Below, in pieces: positions 12,685-24,591 of a stretch of DNA of 64,000 nt (positions are counted from its first letter, which is position 1; each line of letters begins with the position of its first letter). The stretch is from Lobosporangium transversale (lineage: Eukaryota). The position numbers and the translations under genes were made by a program. Where the stretch lies: the NCBI RefSeq assembly GCF_002105155.1, contig NW_019029004.1:496001-560000 (forward strand), written 5' to 3'. The notes beneath the pieces are model-generated. The model did not search any database. It saw only the letters and a program-made list of their open reading frames with translations, and had not been told where the DNA came from.

Positions 12685-13297
12685 CCTTATACGAGAGTTC
12701 TATTATTGATACAATGACCTTGTATCCTTTTTTTCTCATATTTCCTAGAGTACTATAAACAAGACAGAAGGGCAGTCGAGGATACTTGAACACAAAGTAT
12801 ACTTTGGTTACTTACAAGTTTCGTATCAATTTAATTTTAGATGGCACACTGTCGCGATTTGGCAATGGGATATGGAGGATTCGACAGATCTTTGTGGTAT
12901 TTGCCATGGACCTTTTGATTCGTGTTGCCCAGATTGCAGGATTCCAGGAGATAATTGTCCTTTGTGTAAGTCAATAAAAAAAAGTCTTTTTTTTCCTATT
13001 ATTTTCTTGACCTTCTGGATATTGTAGCAAAGTAGGTACATACAGATATAAACGTGGCGATACTCTGTTTCAATTGAGAATAGTATGGGGAAAATGTACA
13101 CATTGCTTCCATCTCCATTGTATCAACAAATGGATTGAGACCAATGATAGTGAAGGAACCTGTCCCATGGACAGACAGATATTCGGTAACCCAAAAAAAA
13201 AAAAATATATCCAGTTTTTATTATCATTAATACTGTTATTATTTCACCTAACGATAATTAATTTGCTCCGCAATTTTTATTAGAGGCCGCTACATAA
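12615..13297 (+). CDS. APC11: Anaphase-promoting complex subunit 11 (RING-H2)
   Basis: Exons 12615-12633, 12749 (1 nt, predicted), 12841-12965, 13084-13185 and 13284-13297 give MKVKVKKWHTVAIWQWD...CGICHGPFDSCCPDCRIPGDNCPLLWGKCTHCFHLHCINKW...CPMDRQ. Confidence 0.93.
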
Positions 13298-13397
13298 TTC
13301 TTTCTTTCATTCTTTTCTACTTTGTACTCTTTTGTAAAACAAAATATTGTTGCTTTTATTCTTATTATTGTTTTCTTTTCTATTCTGCCACACCATT

Positions 13398-14848
13398 CTA
13401 TAATGAAATACCTTTGACATGTCTTAAAAACCAGTTTGCAGCTTTGTCGCTTCTAATAAAATCAAGAGCTTCATTAAGGCGTCTAAGCGTAAGCTCCAAG
13501 GGAGGTTGTTGTGAGATAAGGGGTGGTTCAAAGATCGGTGTGCTCCTCTTAAAGTCGAGATGATCGTCTCGTTTAAATGTCGCAAAAAGGGATAGATTTT
13601 CTACTTCCCCATTTTGCTCATCGATTCTATTGTCATTATCATTGTCAATGTCATTGCCATTGTTATTGTCACATTCCTTTCTAATACAAGAAGAGACTTT
13701 AACCTGATATATGACTCTGTTGCGTATTGTGTTGCACATATCCCACAATGTACTCCAGTCCCAACCACTATTCAATAACAGCAGTCTCTGACAAATCTTG
13801 ATCCATTCATTTTCATCCATTGACTCCTTCAAGTGATCAATAGATCTTTCTACTTCCTCCAAATCTGAACAGATTGAGCCCAACAGCAGATCCAGGTTTG
13901 ATCCATTACACCAGTTATGGTTAATAGAGATCGTATCGCCAATGTTGTGTACTTGATGCCACCATCCTGAAGGAACAAACACAGTCTGTCCTGGCTGCTG
14001 ATAGGTTGTAAACCGTTTCGCCTTATGAAAGTTGGGGAACTGAACTGGATTGACATTTTCTATATCATAAACCATGTTATTGAGTTTGTCACAATACAGA
14101 TGTTCTTGATCTGGAGGAAAAAACGTCCATTTTTTGATCCCACAGATATTAGCCGACCATGAATAGGATCTTTTTTTTTGTGATGGAGAAATCAAAACAA
14201 AAACATAAAGTCAGAGCGGAGGGGTATACATCTTGGTCCAACATAATACCATCGTTTTTTTTTTTTTTTTTTTTTTTTTTGGTTTCCTCACCTATAAACA
14301 TCTGCATGGAACGGTGTGAATGTGTTGTCACCTCCACAATAGACAAATCGATAGTCATCATCCATATCCAATCGTCGCGTCCAAAATTCGTTCATCCAGT
14401 CATCCCGAAAAATGTCAGGTGTCTCATACGCATGATACCATGGAAATGTTTTCAGAAAATGAAAGTCCTTGAGATATATCCTTGAAGGTTGATTCTGTTT
14501 ACTATTCAATTCCCACTGCTCCAGAAACTCGCGTAGATCCATGGTTGATCGCTTTTGATCCGTGAATTCTTTGATCTGACAGTCTGCAACAGGGACTAGA
14601 ATCGAGACTGGTTGACCTTCTTCTTCACAGAGCTGCTCTCGCAGACCTGCAAAATTTGGCTTGCCAGTCTCGGGGCAGACCCATTGCTGACGGGCTCGCC
14701 AATGTTTCGTCAGATCAGGTCCAATGACAACAGGCAGATTGGGTTCGAGGTATCGATTGCGAAATTCCTCGTAGGAGGGTGATGTCTCGAGGTAATCAAT
14801 TCCCTGAATAGAAGAATAATTGCGTGGGCGCAGAGGAGGCGTAGGCAT
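13398..14848 (-). CDS. JMJD4: JmjC 2-oxoglutarate/Fe(II) oxygenase, JMJD4-like
   Basis: Exons 14848-14292 and 14169-13398. Motifs YLKDFH, DDYRFVYCG..TFTPFHADVYRSYSWSANICGIKKW, FVPSGWWHQVHN, ISINHNW. Confidence 0.9.
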
Positions 14849-15045
14849 GGTTCTATACAGTGGCTAAGTCAGCATTGAGGGGGGTTTTTTTTCTAGATCT
14901 TTTCAGAAAGGACAAATACGAGTGTTAGTGAGGGACTGTTTACAGTTTTCTATCAGTTTCTGTTACCCTCTGCAACTTTAGCTCCATTCTCTTCTTTATT
15001 GTTATTTAGCCTTCATTACATTCATACAATCTATCATATTTCACC

Positions 15046-16414
15046 ATGCCAGTCTGCACACACCGTGGTTGCGAAAAGACCTACGATGAGGCAACCAACT
15101 CGGATACTGCTTGCCAGTTCCATCCTCAGGGGCCCATCTTCCATGAAGGTCTTAAAGGCTGGTCATGTTGCTCAAAGAGAGTCGTTTCGTTTGATCAGTT
15201 TCTCGCCATCCCCGGCTGCTCATTCGGACGACACACAGATGCACCACGCGAGGAGTTCCCTGCTGCATCTCCAAGCGAGAAAGTTGAGGTTACCGATTCA
15301 ACTACGCCAGCACCAGTGTCTGTAAATAAGGATGGAACAGAAGTTTATGGCTCGTCAGCAGCAGCACCAGCAGCCCCTGCTCCCCTCGTTGCCCCTGCTG
15401 CCTCCACAACAGCATCAGCAGCAGCGCCTTCAGCACCAACACCAGAGCCCATCGTAGAAGAAGAAGATGATCTGTCAATTCCTGTGGCTGTTGGAAAGAC
15501 TTGCATGCGCCGTGGATGCGGTCAGACTTATGTTTCGGAAGAAGAGTCTCGTGGTGATAAAGTCAAGTGTCAGTATCATCCTGGAACGCCCGTTTTCCAT
15601 GAAGGATCCAAGGGCTGGAGCTGCTGTTCCCGTAAGGTGCTGGAGTTTGATGAATTTTTGAAGCTTAAAGGGTGCACCACCACAAACCAGCATTTGTTTG
15701 TTGGTGCAAAGGTAATTTTTTTTTTTAAACTGCATTACTTGGTGGCGTTTTCTATATTGAAATGACTGTGTCAACTAACAGCTCTGATATTTTATCGGAT
15801 TTGCTTTAACAGAAGGAGAAGGTTGAAGAATTGGTTCAGTGCCGTCATGACTGGTATGTCAAACACTTGACTAGAGCACAGATCACTCTGTATTAAGTAC
15901 TGAATATTCGATTTTGGTACTCAATGTATACAAATATGATATTTTGTTCAATCAGGTACCAAACACAGACGCATGTTAACTTGTCTATCTTTGCAAAGAA
16001 GGTCGATCCAAAGACCGCCGTCATAGAATTCAAGGAGCGTGAGGTAATAAGCTCGTATATGGATTTTTATGGTCAATTGTCCAAATAAGCAAGTTGTATA
16101 GCTTTATATTTATAATATGGTCTTTCGTCGTAACCAATTAGGTCAACATTGATTTGAAAATGCCAGATGAAAAGCGTTTCAAGCTCAACCTACCACTTTT
16201 TCAGCCAATTGATCCTTCTGGAAGCTCGTTTGAGGTTCTTGGTACCAAGGTCGAAATCACGATGAAGAAAGGCAATGGCATTTCGTGGGCAACATTAGAG
16301 CCAAGTGAAGGCGCCAAGTGCTGGACAACTTTTGGAACCACTGGTGGTGCTGGTACTGTTGGTAGTAAGGTCATGCATCTTGCCACAGATTCACCACTCT
16401 ATGCCCAGAAGTAG
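15046..16414 (+). CDS. CHORDC1: CHORD-CHORD-CS Hsp90 co-chaperone (CHORDC1/Chp1-like)
   Basis: Exons 15046-15711, 15813-15853, 15956-16043 and 16142-16414. Two CHORD domains (CxxxGC...CxxHP..PxFHEGxKGWSCC...F..F....GC..H) followed by a CS domain (RHDWYQT...KVEITMKK). Confidence 0.92.
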
Positions 16415-16726
16415 AAATGAATATGGCAACAGATGAATTGAGGAAATTGTCATGCTATCGCTTTTCATTTCATACAAGTATTTCAAGTAGAGCACATACC
16501 CCTGAACACTTGTTTGGAGGGACATGCAGGGGAGCAAGAATAAAACAAATTGAAAAAATTCATTAGACGGGAAAAATGTTGATGGAAAAAAAGAAGGAAA
16601 AAATGGATATTGCTATTTAATTTTTAATCTACACATTTTGAATATGACTACATTATGAAAAATCGCGAATTATACTCCTGCATCTTTTTTTCTTTTTTGT
16701 TCATTTTTTCCCAGCTTTTGCATTAC

Positions 16727-18208
16727 TCAGTTGATCTTGCCAATCTTTTTGTTTACAAGGCCCAGCTTCAAGGTTGTTCTGTCCACGTCCCGATCAAGTT
16801 CATCAAGCAGCTGAATTTGATTATCAAGCTCTTGACCAATGGCCAATCCAATATGCTTTTGTCGCTGCAGGATGGCATTGAATTGTTCGATGTGGTCGTC
16901 TTGTTGTCTCATCTGTTCCTGCTGAAGTATCAACAGGCCCTCATTGTCGAGTCCTCGTGTCAGTGATGTTTCTTGAGTCAGGTTCTGGACCACTCTGCCA
17001 AAGACTCGGCGTCCATTGCCCGGCCCACTTACTGTGGTTGAGGTCATGGTCGTGGTTGTATGCACACTACCGCCTCCATTAAAAGAAGAGTCAGCTAGAC
17101 TATGATTATCTGCATGGCCACGAATGGATCCTGTCTGAGAATGCAACCCTCCAGCATGAGTACCACTATTGATACCGCCATGAGAACCCTTGCTAACTAA
17201 GAGCGAGTTCCTGTCTCCAGAACTTGCAGGGACATTGCCACCAGCGCCTTGATGCCCAACCACACCATCGTTCTGTCGGTTTGCAATCACCAATTTGGTC
17301 AACACCTCACGCTCGTCCTTCAATTCTGACAACATATCCTGTCGTCGTCTGAGCTCTCCGTCTGACATAATACTTCCTTTTGCTCCACCGCCTGGGTTGC
17401 CCATCGCTAGGTTCGTCAAGCCGTTCTCAAGAGCTGGGATTCGGAGACCCAATGTTGTGAGTAGTTTCTTGCTCTGAATCGTGCAGTTATGAGAGGCTGA
17501 GATCTCACTACGACCAAGATGTGTCTCGCGTCGATTGATGAGTGATCTCACCTCGCGAGCAATCCCTTGTAGCGTCCTGAACTCTTCAAGCCAACTCTCG
17601 GTCGTAAAAAAGTGAGGTGCAGGTCCTGGATTGACTGCAGGACTTGACGGCACGACCGAGGGTGCTTCAGATGAGCCGGTAGCATTATTAGAAGTATCAT
17701 TTCCTCCTCCTATTCCGAAAATATTGAAGTGTGAAAAAAAAGAAGTGGCACAGTTACCATTTTGTGATGGTGCTGTATTATTTGTTCCCCCATTCACTTG
17801 CGTTGCTGGCCCACGCTTCCCTGGTCCGCCCGCAAACAGATCAGCCTGTGACCGACCAACGGGCACGGCCAGAAACTCGTTCCACTCGTGCGTTAACCTC
17901 CAACGATCGTCTCGGTGGGACAAAATCCCTCGCATGTACGTCTCCAATCCTGCACGACGTTCCTCCACTAACTCGGGGTTATCTATAGTTGATTGCCACC
18001 AATGCTTACTTGGAAGTGGTTGAGGTGGAGGATTATCAGGAAAAAGTTCTATAAACCGATTGTGAAGCTGTTCAAACTCCGAATAGCGTTTCCAGACAGA
18101 CCAGGTCCGCACTGCTGCATGAACTTCGACACGATAGGCTGTATGGGGTTTGGGTCGAGATCGAGTCTCAGGATCGCGAACATAAATGGCCTGAAGAGTC
18201 TCTGTCAT
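16727..18208 (-). CDS. VAM7: PX-domain Qc-SNARE, Vam7-like (493 aa)
   Basis: N-terminal PX domain (VWKRYSEFEQLH, PLPSK, ERRAGLETY) and C-terminal SNARE motif (QQDDHIEQF...IGQELDNQIQLLDEL); no TM anchor. Confidence 0.9.
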   Translation of the reverse strand: MTETLQAIYVRDPETRSRPKPHTAYRVEVHAAVRTWSVWKRYSEFEQLHNRFIELFPDNPPPQPLPSKHWWQSTIDNPELVEERRAGLETYMRGILSHRDDRWRLTHEWNEFLAVPVGRSQADLFAGGPGKRGPATQVNGGTNNTAPSQNGNCATSFFSHFNIFGIGGGNDTSNNATGSSEAPSVVPSSPAVNPGPAPHFFTTESWLEEFRTLQGIAREVRSLINRRETHLGRSEISASHNCTIQSKKLLTTLGLRIPALENGLTNLAMGNPGGGAKGSIMSDGELRRRQDMLSELKDEREVLTKLVIANRQNDGVVGHQGAGGNVPASSGDRNSLLVSKGSHGGINSGTHAGGLHSQTGSIRGHADNHSLADSSFNGGGSVHTTTTMTSTTVSGPGNGRRVFGRVVQNLTQETSLTRGLDNEGLLILQQEQMRQQDDHIEQFNAILQRQKHIGLAIGQELDNQIQLLDELDRDVDRTTLKLGLVNKKIGKIN

Positions 18209-18727
18209 GGCTTGCTTAAAGACGAAACGAGGAAGGGATAAGCAGAATTGTGAGGCAAGAAATAAAAGAAAAAAAGAAAAAAAGAAAAGAGGGAGAGGAA
18301 GAGGAAGAGGAACAGAGAATCTTTCGAAAGAAGGGGGATCCTTGAGTCGCTTCTTTTGTTTTCTTGTTGGGGGGTTCTCAGTGAAGTTGAGGGCTTATGC
18401 GTAAAAAAGGAGAGAAAGGAAGACAGGGATTGATGGAAAGATGTCTACACAAGCATAAAAGCTTTCGGAATGGGTCAAAGGGACAAGTGTTTACAATGTA
18501 TTTATTAAGCGTGGTTGAAAGTGGAATGAGGGGATTAATCTTTTTATTTTGTTATGAGTGAGAGGGACGATGTAATGAGGATGAAGAAAGAGGAGAAGGA
18601 AGGACGAGAAAGGAGGGAGGAAAGGGAAAGACCGATAACAAACTCTGACGACTGAAATAGATGATCTTGTCTATTAAACCCTTTTTGGACTATTGCACTT
18701 GAATGCACATGCACGTACCGCATGGAT

Positions 18728-20560
18728 TTACTCAGAGCCCCGTGACTGTGCCTCAATGATGTCTATTCAGCGCAATTACAAAATAAATCGTATTGTGTGA
18801 GTTTTTTGGGGTTTGCTTGATTTTTGTGTGAACCTGTCTGTGTGATGGGCACACACAGAAACGTGCACGGATATAGAAGTAAAGAGTGCGAAGCTTATGA
18901 TAGAAAAGGGGTTAGGTGGGGAAAAGATATAATGACTAAGCGGAGTCGCATTGAAAAGGATCGTCGTAGGGGTCAGGCACAAAAAAAAAAGGAGAAAAAA
19001 GGAAAATGAACGAACATCAAAGCAGAGAAAAAGGGAGGAGAGAATACGACACGTTACCGATCACCTTCTGCCTCAAATCATCGTCTTCAACAACGTCTTC
19101 GAGAAGCTCGCCGTCCATAGTAACTGCCTGTAGATCTGCATCGGGTCTCTTGGCTAAGTAGTCAAACACGGCCAAGTGACCCTCCGCAGCAGCACAGTGC
19201 AATGGGGTCCAACCTAGATACGTTAATTTTGTAATGGTGTCAATAACAGCGATAGCAAATACAAATGTGGACAAAAATATAGTAAAAAAAATACGTAGTT
19301 GGAACCCCAACTAAAAGCCTTTTTTTTTTTTTTTTTTTTTTTTAGAGCTTTGGACTTTAACGCTTAAGTCTCTTAATGAATTGACGAGAAAGTGGGTTGG
19401 GCGTCAAAAAGGAAGGAACAAAGAGCATTATAACTGTTTTGCTTACCTTCCATGTCCGTCAGATTGATATTAGCACCCATTTCGACCAAAAATTGACATA
19501 ATTCCAGATGGTTGTAAGAAGCAGCCAAATGAAGTGAACTGAGTTTTCGGGATGCGGATTGATGATTGATAATCTGTTCCAACGTCCCTGATTTGCCTTC
19601 TTCCTGCACCACGCCCAGCATGGATTTGTAGAGTGAGAGATCGCCCGTCCTTGATGCGTCCGCCATTAGCGATTGTGGATCAAACGTGACACGTTTTGTA
19701 CTCTTGGATTTCTTAAATGGTGCCGATGAGGTTGTGTCTTTTGTGCTCTGCTTTTCAACATGGAGGCGAATGGAAGGCGATGATTGATAGCTCCGTAACT
19801 TGGGTCGTATACGGCTGGCATAAGAAGGATCATTGGGAGATACTGTGCCCGTAGAGCCGGTACTGCCAGTAGTTGTAGTAGTATGTTTTTGGGACTTATT
19901 ACTTATACTGCTATCTATGATATCGCTATTTTTGATGTTAATACTGTTATTGTTATTGCTGTTATTAAGACTATTGTTGCTCTTATCCTGTAGCTCTGGG
20001 CTAGAAGATCTCGCAGAATCTGATAAAGATGGTGTTGTATTTTCAGGAGAGGCTGTTGGTTTAAAGATTACTACTGGTGAGAGAATAGTTTCTTCGGCTT
20101 GTTGGGTCTGAAGTTGTAATGAATTTGTTTCTGTCAGTAAAAGGTTCTCAATTACTGTGGCACTGCCGCTCTTAGGGATACTGCAAGAGTGTGAGGCCCC
20201 TTCATCCGGCTTTGCTTTGGAACCTTCCTGCTTCGTCTCTGAGATCAAAAGCCCATTCAACTGGTGAGTAATACCCAAGGTTGACGCGGGTCTAGTCATA
20301 GAGCTGCTACTATCACCTCCTTCGCTCCTGGTCTGTTTCCCTGATATCATATCTTCGGATGCTGTCATCATGAGCGGCAATGTTGACGTTGAAGGTGATC
20401 GCATATGTCCTATGGACCTAAACGAGTTCCAGGTATGATCAGATCCAACGTCGTTGATGGGTGATGTAGGTAATGACTCTTGTGGGATTTTTCTGTATCG
20501 CACGACTACCAGGTTGGGAAAAGTAAGTGGTGTACTATTTATTAGCAAATAGTTACCAAA

Positions 20561-20597
<37 letters not shown>

Positions 20598-21772
20598 AAA
20601 AAAGCTTTTTCTTGGTTACCTTCTGTGAGGTTCAAGAACAAGCTTCTCGTAGTGTTTTCATCCGCACAATCCACGGGCTTGTACTTCCGGTCATTCATCT
20701 TGTATACATTTGCTCCAAGATCAAGTAGTCGCTTGGTCAAATCCGCCATACCCAAGAAACTCGCAAGGTGCAATGTGGTATTTCCATCGCCCCACATCTT
20801 GCCCATGAATTCATATAGGATCTTTTTCGATTCCAATTCCTCAGACGCCTTAGCCACAAAGTTCAAAAGATCCAACGCCATTTCTTCATTGAATAGGAAG
20901 CATGCAATTTGTATTAGATTCAGATGGTCCACCGTAGGGCCTAAAAGCTCCTGAGCGTCCAATAACACATCCGGATCATGGCGATATTTGTTGTCAGTGT
21001 TGGAGATGTTCCAAGTGACCAATGTTTGTATCACAATAGCAAAATCAAACGCGTGTAAAATCCTATCCAGCTCTACACGATCCTCTCGTTCAATCGCATC
21101 CAACATCTGCTTCCATAATGGAACCGTCCTTGGTGATCCTGGTTCTTTAGGTGAATCGATATAAGAAAGAGCGCTGGCGAATGAGTCCTCAGACCCGACA
21201 GAAGACGATGAGTGGCCTCCGATACGGTCTTTGGAACTGATGAAGCCTGCTGGCGGCAATGACTGAGATGTCAGTGGCTGAGACTGATATGAAGACGAAG
21301 GTGAAGACGTAGGCGGGGATTTAGATGTGCTAGGTGATGATGGACGCAGAAATACTTGAGTTGTAGGGAGTTGTTGAGCATGATGTGGGGTGTATGTAAG
21401 CGCTGTTGCTATCGCTGCTGACGTTGTTCCTGTTGTCGATTCTCGATTGGAGTTAGTGGATGCAAATGGTGAATACGAGTATGACGATGATGATGACGTT
21501 GAATATCGTCTGAAATAAGAATTTGATAGCGATGATGACGACGAAAGTGGAGCCGACGGTAGTGGCGGAGGATGTGAAGATAAACTACATGATCCATCGC
21601 TTTTAAATGTCTGTGGAATAGTCAAGGGCTGATAACGTATCGGTAAAGACGATGGTCTGGATGGAGGTTGATGAGAAAGCGACGCCTGCAAGAAGTGCTG
21701 TGAGAGTCGTTGGACAGTTCCTGTTCTCAGCTCCTGAAGGCTGTCTTGCTTTTTGGAGTGTGTAGAAGACAT
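18728..21772 (-). CDS. Ankyrin-repeat protein with RVxF PP1-docking motif (MYPT/PPP1R12-16-27-like)
   Basis: Predicted exons 21772-20620, 20505-19447, 19213-19058 and 18762-18728 (last exon less certain). Ankyrin repeats GNTTLHLASFLG, LSSLHLAASYNH and GWTPLHCAAAEGH; KRVTFD precedes the C-terminal ankyrin block. Confidence 0.8.
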
Positions 21773-22002
21773 GATTACACAAGAACGCTTTGTCAAAGAG
21801 TTGTTGGTAACTGATAACGCGCAATTGAACCTTGCTCTTATTGTTGTCGAAAGAATATTAAGATCCTTCGAAACTGGTCAAATGTTATCACTGGGAACGT
21901 TTGAATAGAAATCAAATCCTTGGTCGTGTTCGGGTAACCTTATGTTTTGCACCACTGCAGAGAGAGATATGTACCCTGTAGTCGATTCTCTCTCTGTTGT
22001 AT

Positions 22003-22035
<33 letters not shown>

Positions 22036-23183
22036 CAAAAGGATAGACAGTGCTTTGTGTGGTTCTGTCAGACAAGACTCTTGCTCTTTCAGTCTGACGT
22101 GGATATAGCGTAGTTTCATAGACAGATTCCGCACTTGCTTTTAGACAGTGCAACAAAATCGTAGACGACCGGCGTCAGCAATGAGAATGTCGGTTAATTA
22201 AAAAAATAAAAAGTGGGAATGTGAAAAAAAAAAAAAAAAAAAAAAAACAAGAAGGACAGAACTAGGAGGAACAAAGCACGCACATTGCCATACAAACATT
22301 ATAACACAATAACATTGACATATTCACTACCTCCTTATGATGTGCGTCTTACTTTTTTCAGGGGTCGATACACGAAATAGAGTGTTCTGGCACTCTGACA
22401 ATATCCAATCCCCGCTGGCTTAAATAGCGTCAAACAACTCTTGTACTTTATCCATCTTGACCTCTTTCTTTTCTTTTCCTTTTTTTCTTCATCTCTCCAT
22501 TAGGTATATCACTGCTTCCAGGGGTATAGTTTCACGCACGAACATATTCTCTGGCCCATGATGATCCTTAATCCTCTGGCTAAATTTTTAGAATCCTAGT
22601 GTAGCAATGTACATATTTAATATAAACAGTCGTATACAATCTTTTCCTGTGAAACCACTATTCAAACGATAATCTGTCATGACAGGTCATCATACAATGT
22701 TGTCTTTAACCTGATGGAAGACATCCCACCGCCCGAACGAATGATAAGCTCTTTTTATTCTATGTTCAACTAAACTCACGTTCAGAATGAAAAATAATTT
22801 GTTCCTGTAAAAAAAAAAGTCAATAAAGGAGTGCCCACTTTAGAGACGTCTACCTGTCTATTACTAACTTCAACATGCTTTTGAGGTTGCTAAGAGAGGC
22901 CCCGAAAGTTGAGACTGCGGAAGGCGGGGAGAGCTATTGCCCGACTTGACTGCCAAATCTTGTCGTTCGAAGATGATGGTAGACCGCGGGTTAATTTTTT
23001 CCTTTTTAGTCCTTATGCGTGCATTACGAATGATTTCTGATACGTGGCTTTGATGCATTTCGGAATTCGCGTGGAGATCTCAATCGATCTATTTCATTAA
23101 ATTCTTTCTACTCCCCCATTCTTTTTTTTTTCCTTCACATTTCACATCACTCCAACTTTTCTCACATAACACATAAAATCGCC

Positions 23184-23839
23184 ATGGCCCGCCAACGTTC
23201 TCGTGCTGCTCCTGCTCAACAGACCCGCAAGGCTTCCACTATGCCTACCCGCCAGGCTCCTCCCCCACCTGCCCCTGCACATCCCCCTCAGCACCAGATG
23301 ACTGCTCCTCCTCAACAACCCTCGGCCATGGCTCACCCTCCTCCTCAGCAACCCGGTCTTTTCGCTCAAATGGCCTCCACTGCTGCTGGTGTCGCCGTCG
23401 GCTCTGCTGTCGGACATACCGTTGGTGCTGGCATCTCTGTAAGTATTATTCTTTCGTTACTTAAAAAAACGGAAAAAATCCTTTCCCCCCTATCGATCGC
23501 CAAAGTATCTCCACTTTATGTTTGACTCATCATATTTTTACTTTATCTCTTCTTTCCCTGTTCTACTACTATCAATAATAGTCCATGTTTGGTGGCTCTG
23601 GTTCTTCTGAAGCTGCTGCTGAGCCTCAGCAACAACAGCAATCTGCACCTCAATATCAGCAGCCCATGTATCAGCAGCCAATGTACCACAATGCTGCCGT
23701 CCCCGCCTCTGCCACCTCATGCGAAGCTGATGCCAAAGCCTTTACCAAGTGTCTCGAGAGCAACGGTAACGACATGTCTGTTTGTCAATGGTACCTTGAG
23801 CAGCTCAAGGCTTGCCAGTCCATGGCCGCTCAATATTAA
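23184..23839 (+). CDS. MIX17: Mitochondrial twin CX9C protein Mix17/CHCHD2
   Basis: Exons 23184-23438 and 23582-23839. Hallmark [22 protein letters not shown] and C-terminal CX9C-CX9C ([11 protein letters not shown]...[11 protein letters not shown]). Confidence 0.93.
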
Positions 23840-24203
23840 GCGGTTTTTTTTTTTCTAAAAAGAAAAAAAAAAAAAAAAAAAAGCAAGATCGTTGAAGTAG
23901 GATACTACTTTTTATCATGGCTCCCCTTAATTTCCTCAACATACAAATAAAACCTCTACTCAATCCCTTGTTATAGAAAGAAAAAGCAAAATAAAATAAA
24001 AAAAAAAAAAAAAAAAAAAACTTTTTCACATAGAATAAACAACGTGTATGGGTGTATTCATTTAGTGGTGTTCTCGCAAATGTAATATGAGGATCTTTCC
24101 GTATAACACGTGTGCCTGAATGTCTGAACCTTTTTTTAATGGTGGCTCTCCAATTCTTGTACTTGCCCAATGACTGAGTATTTTTTTCTTTTCTTTTCAT
24201 GAG

Positions 24204-24553
24204 CTAGTACGCAAATGGCGACTTGCCCTCTCGAATCAACTCAATTGAGGACAAGCGCACTTGATCCAAGAACTCGTTGAGTCTGTTACTATCCTGCAAC
24301 TCCTTGTATAATGGCACACCCGCAGTTTCGCTCGCTACCAAATTGGATATGTCCACAGACTTTTCCAAATACTCAGGTTTAACCACCCGACTTTCAAAAT
24401 AGACCTTGTGCAAATTCATCACCAGTTCTGAAATGTAGATTTGACGAAGTCGTTTCAGTTCCTGATTCCTTGACGCATCTACATATTTAGCATGGATTTT
24501 TTTTTTTTAAAAGTTATCAGTCATCTCAATGCATAAGAATAAACGGTGTCGTG

Positions 24554-24591
<38 letters not shown>

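Noticed and set aside
12722..12730. GTATCCTTT, a perfect U12-type 5' splice-site consensus inside the APC11 intron
   Set aside because: No plausible upstream exon or U12 branch point; it lies in the pyrimidine tract of the 12748 acceptor and is probably coincidental.
20506..20619. PolyK segment inside the 807-aa ankyrin ORF
   Set aside because: A 114-nt in-frame GT-AG intron containing a poly(A) run, not real coding sequence.
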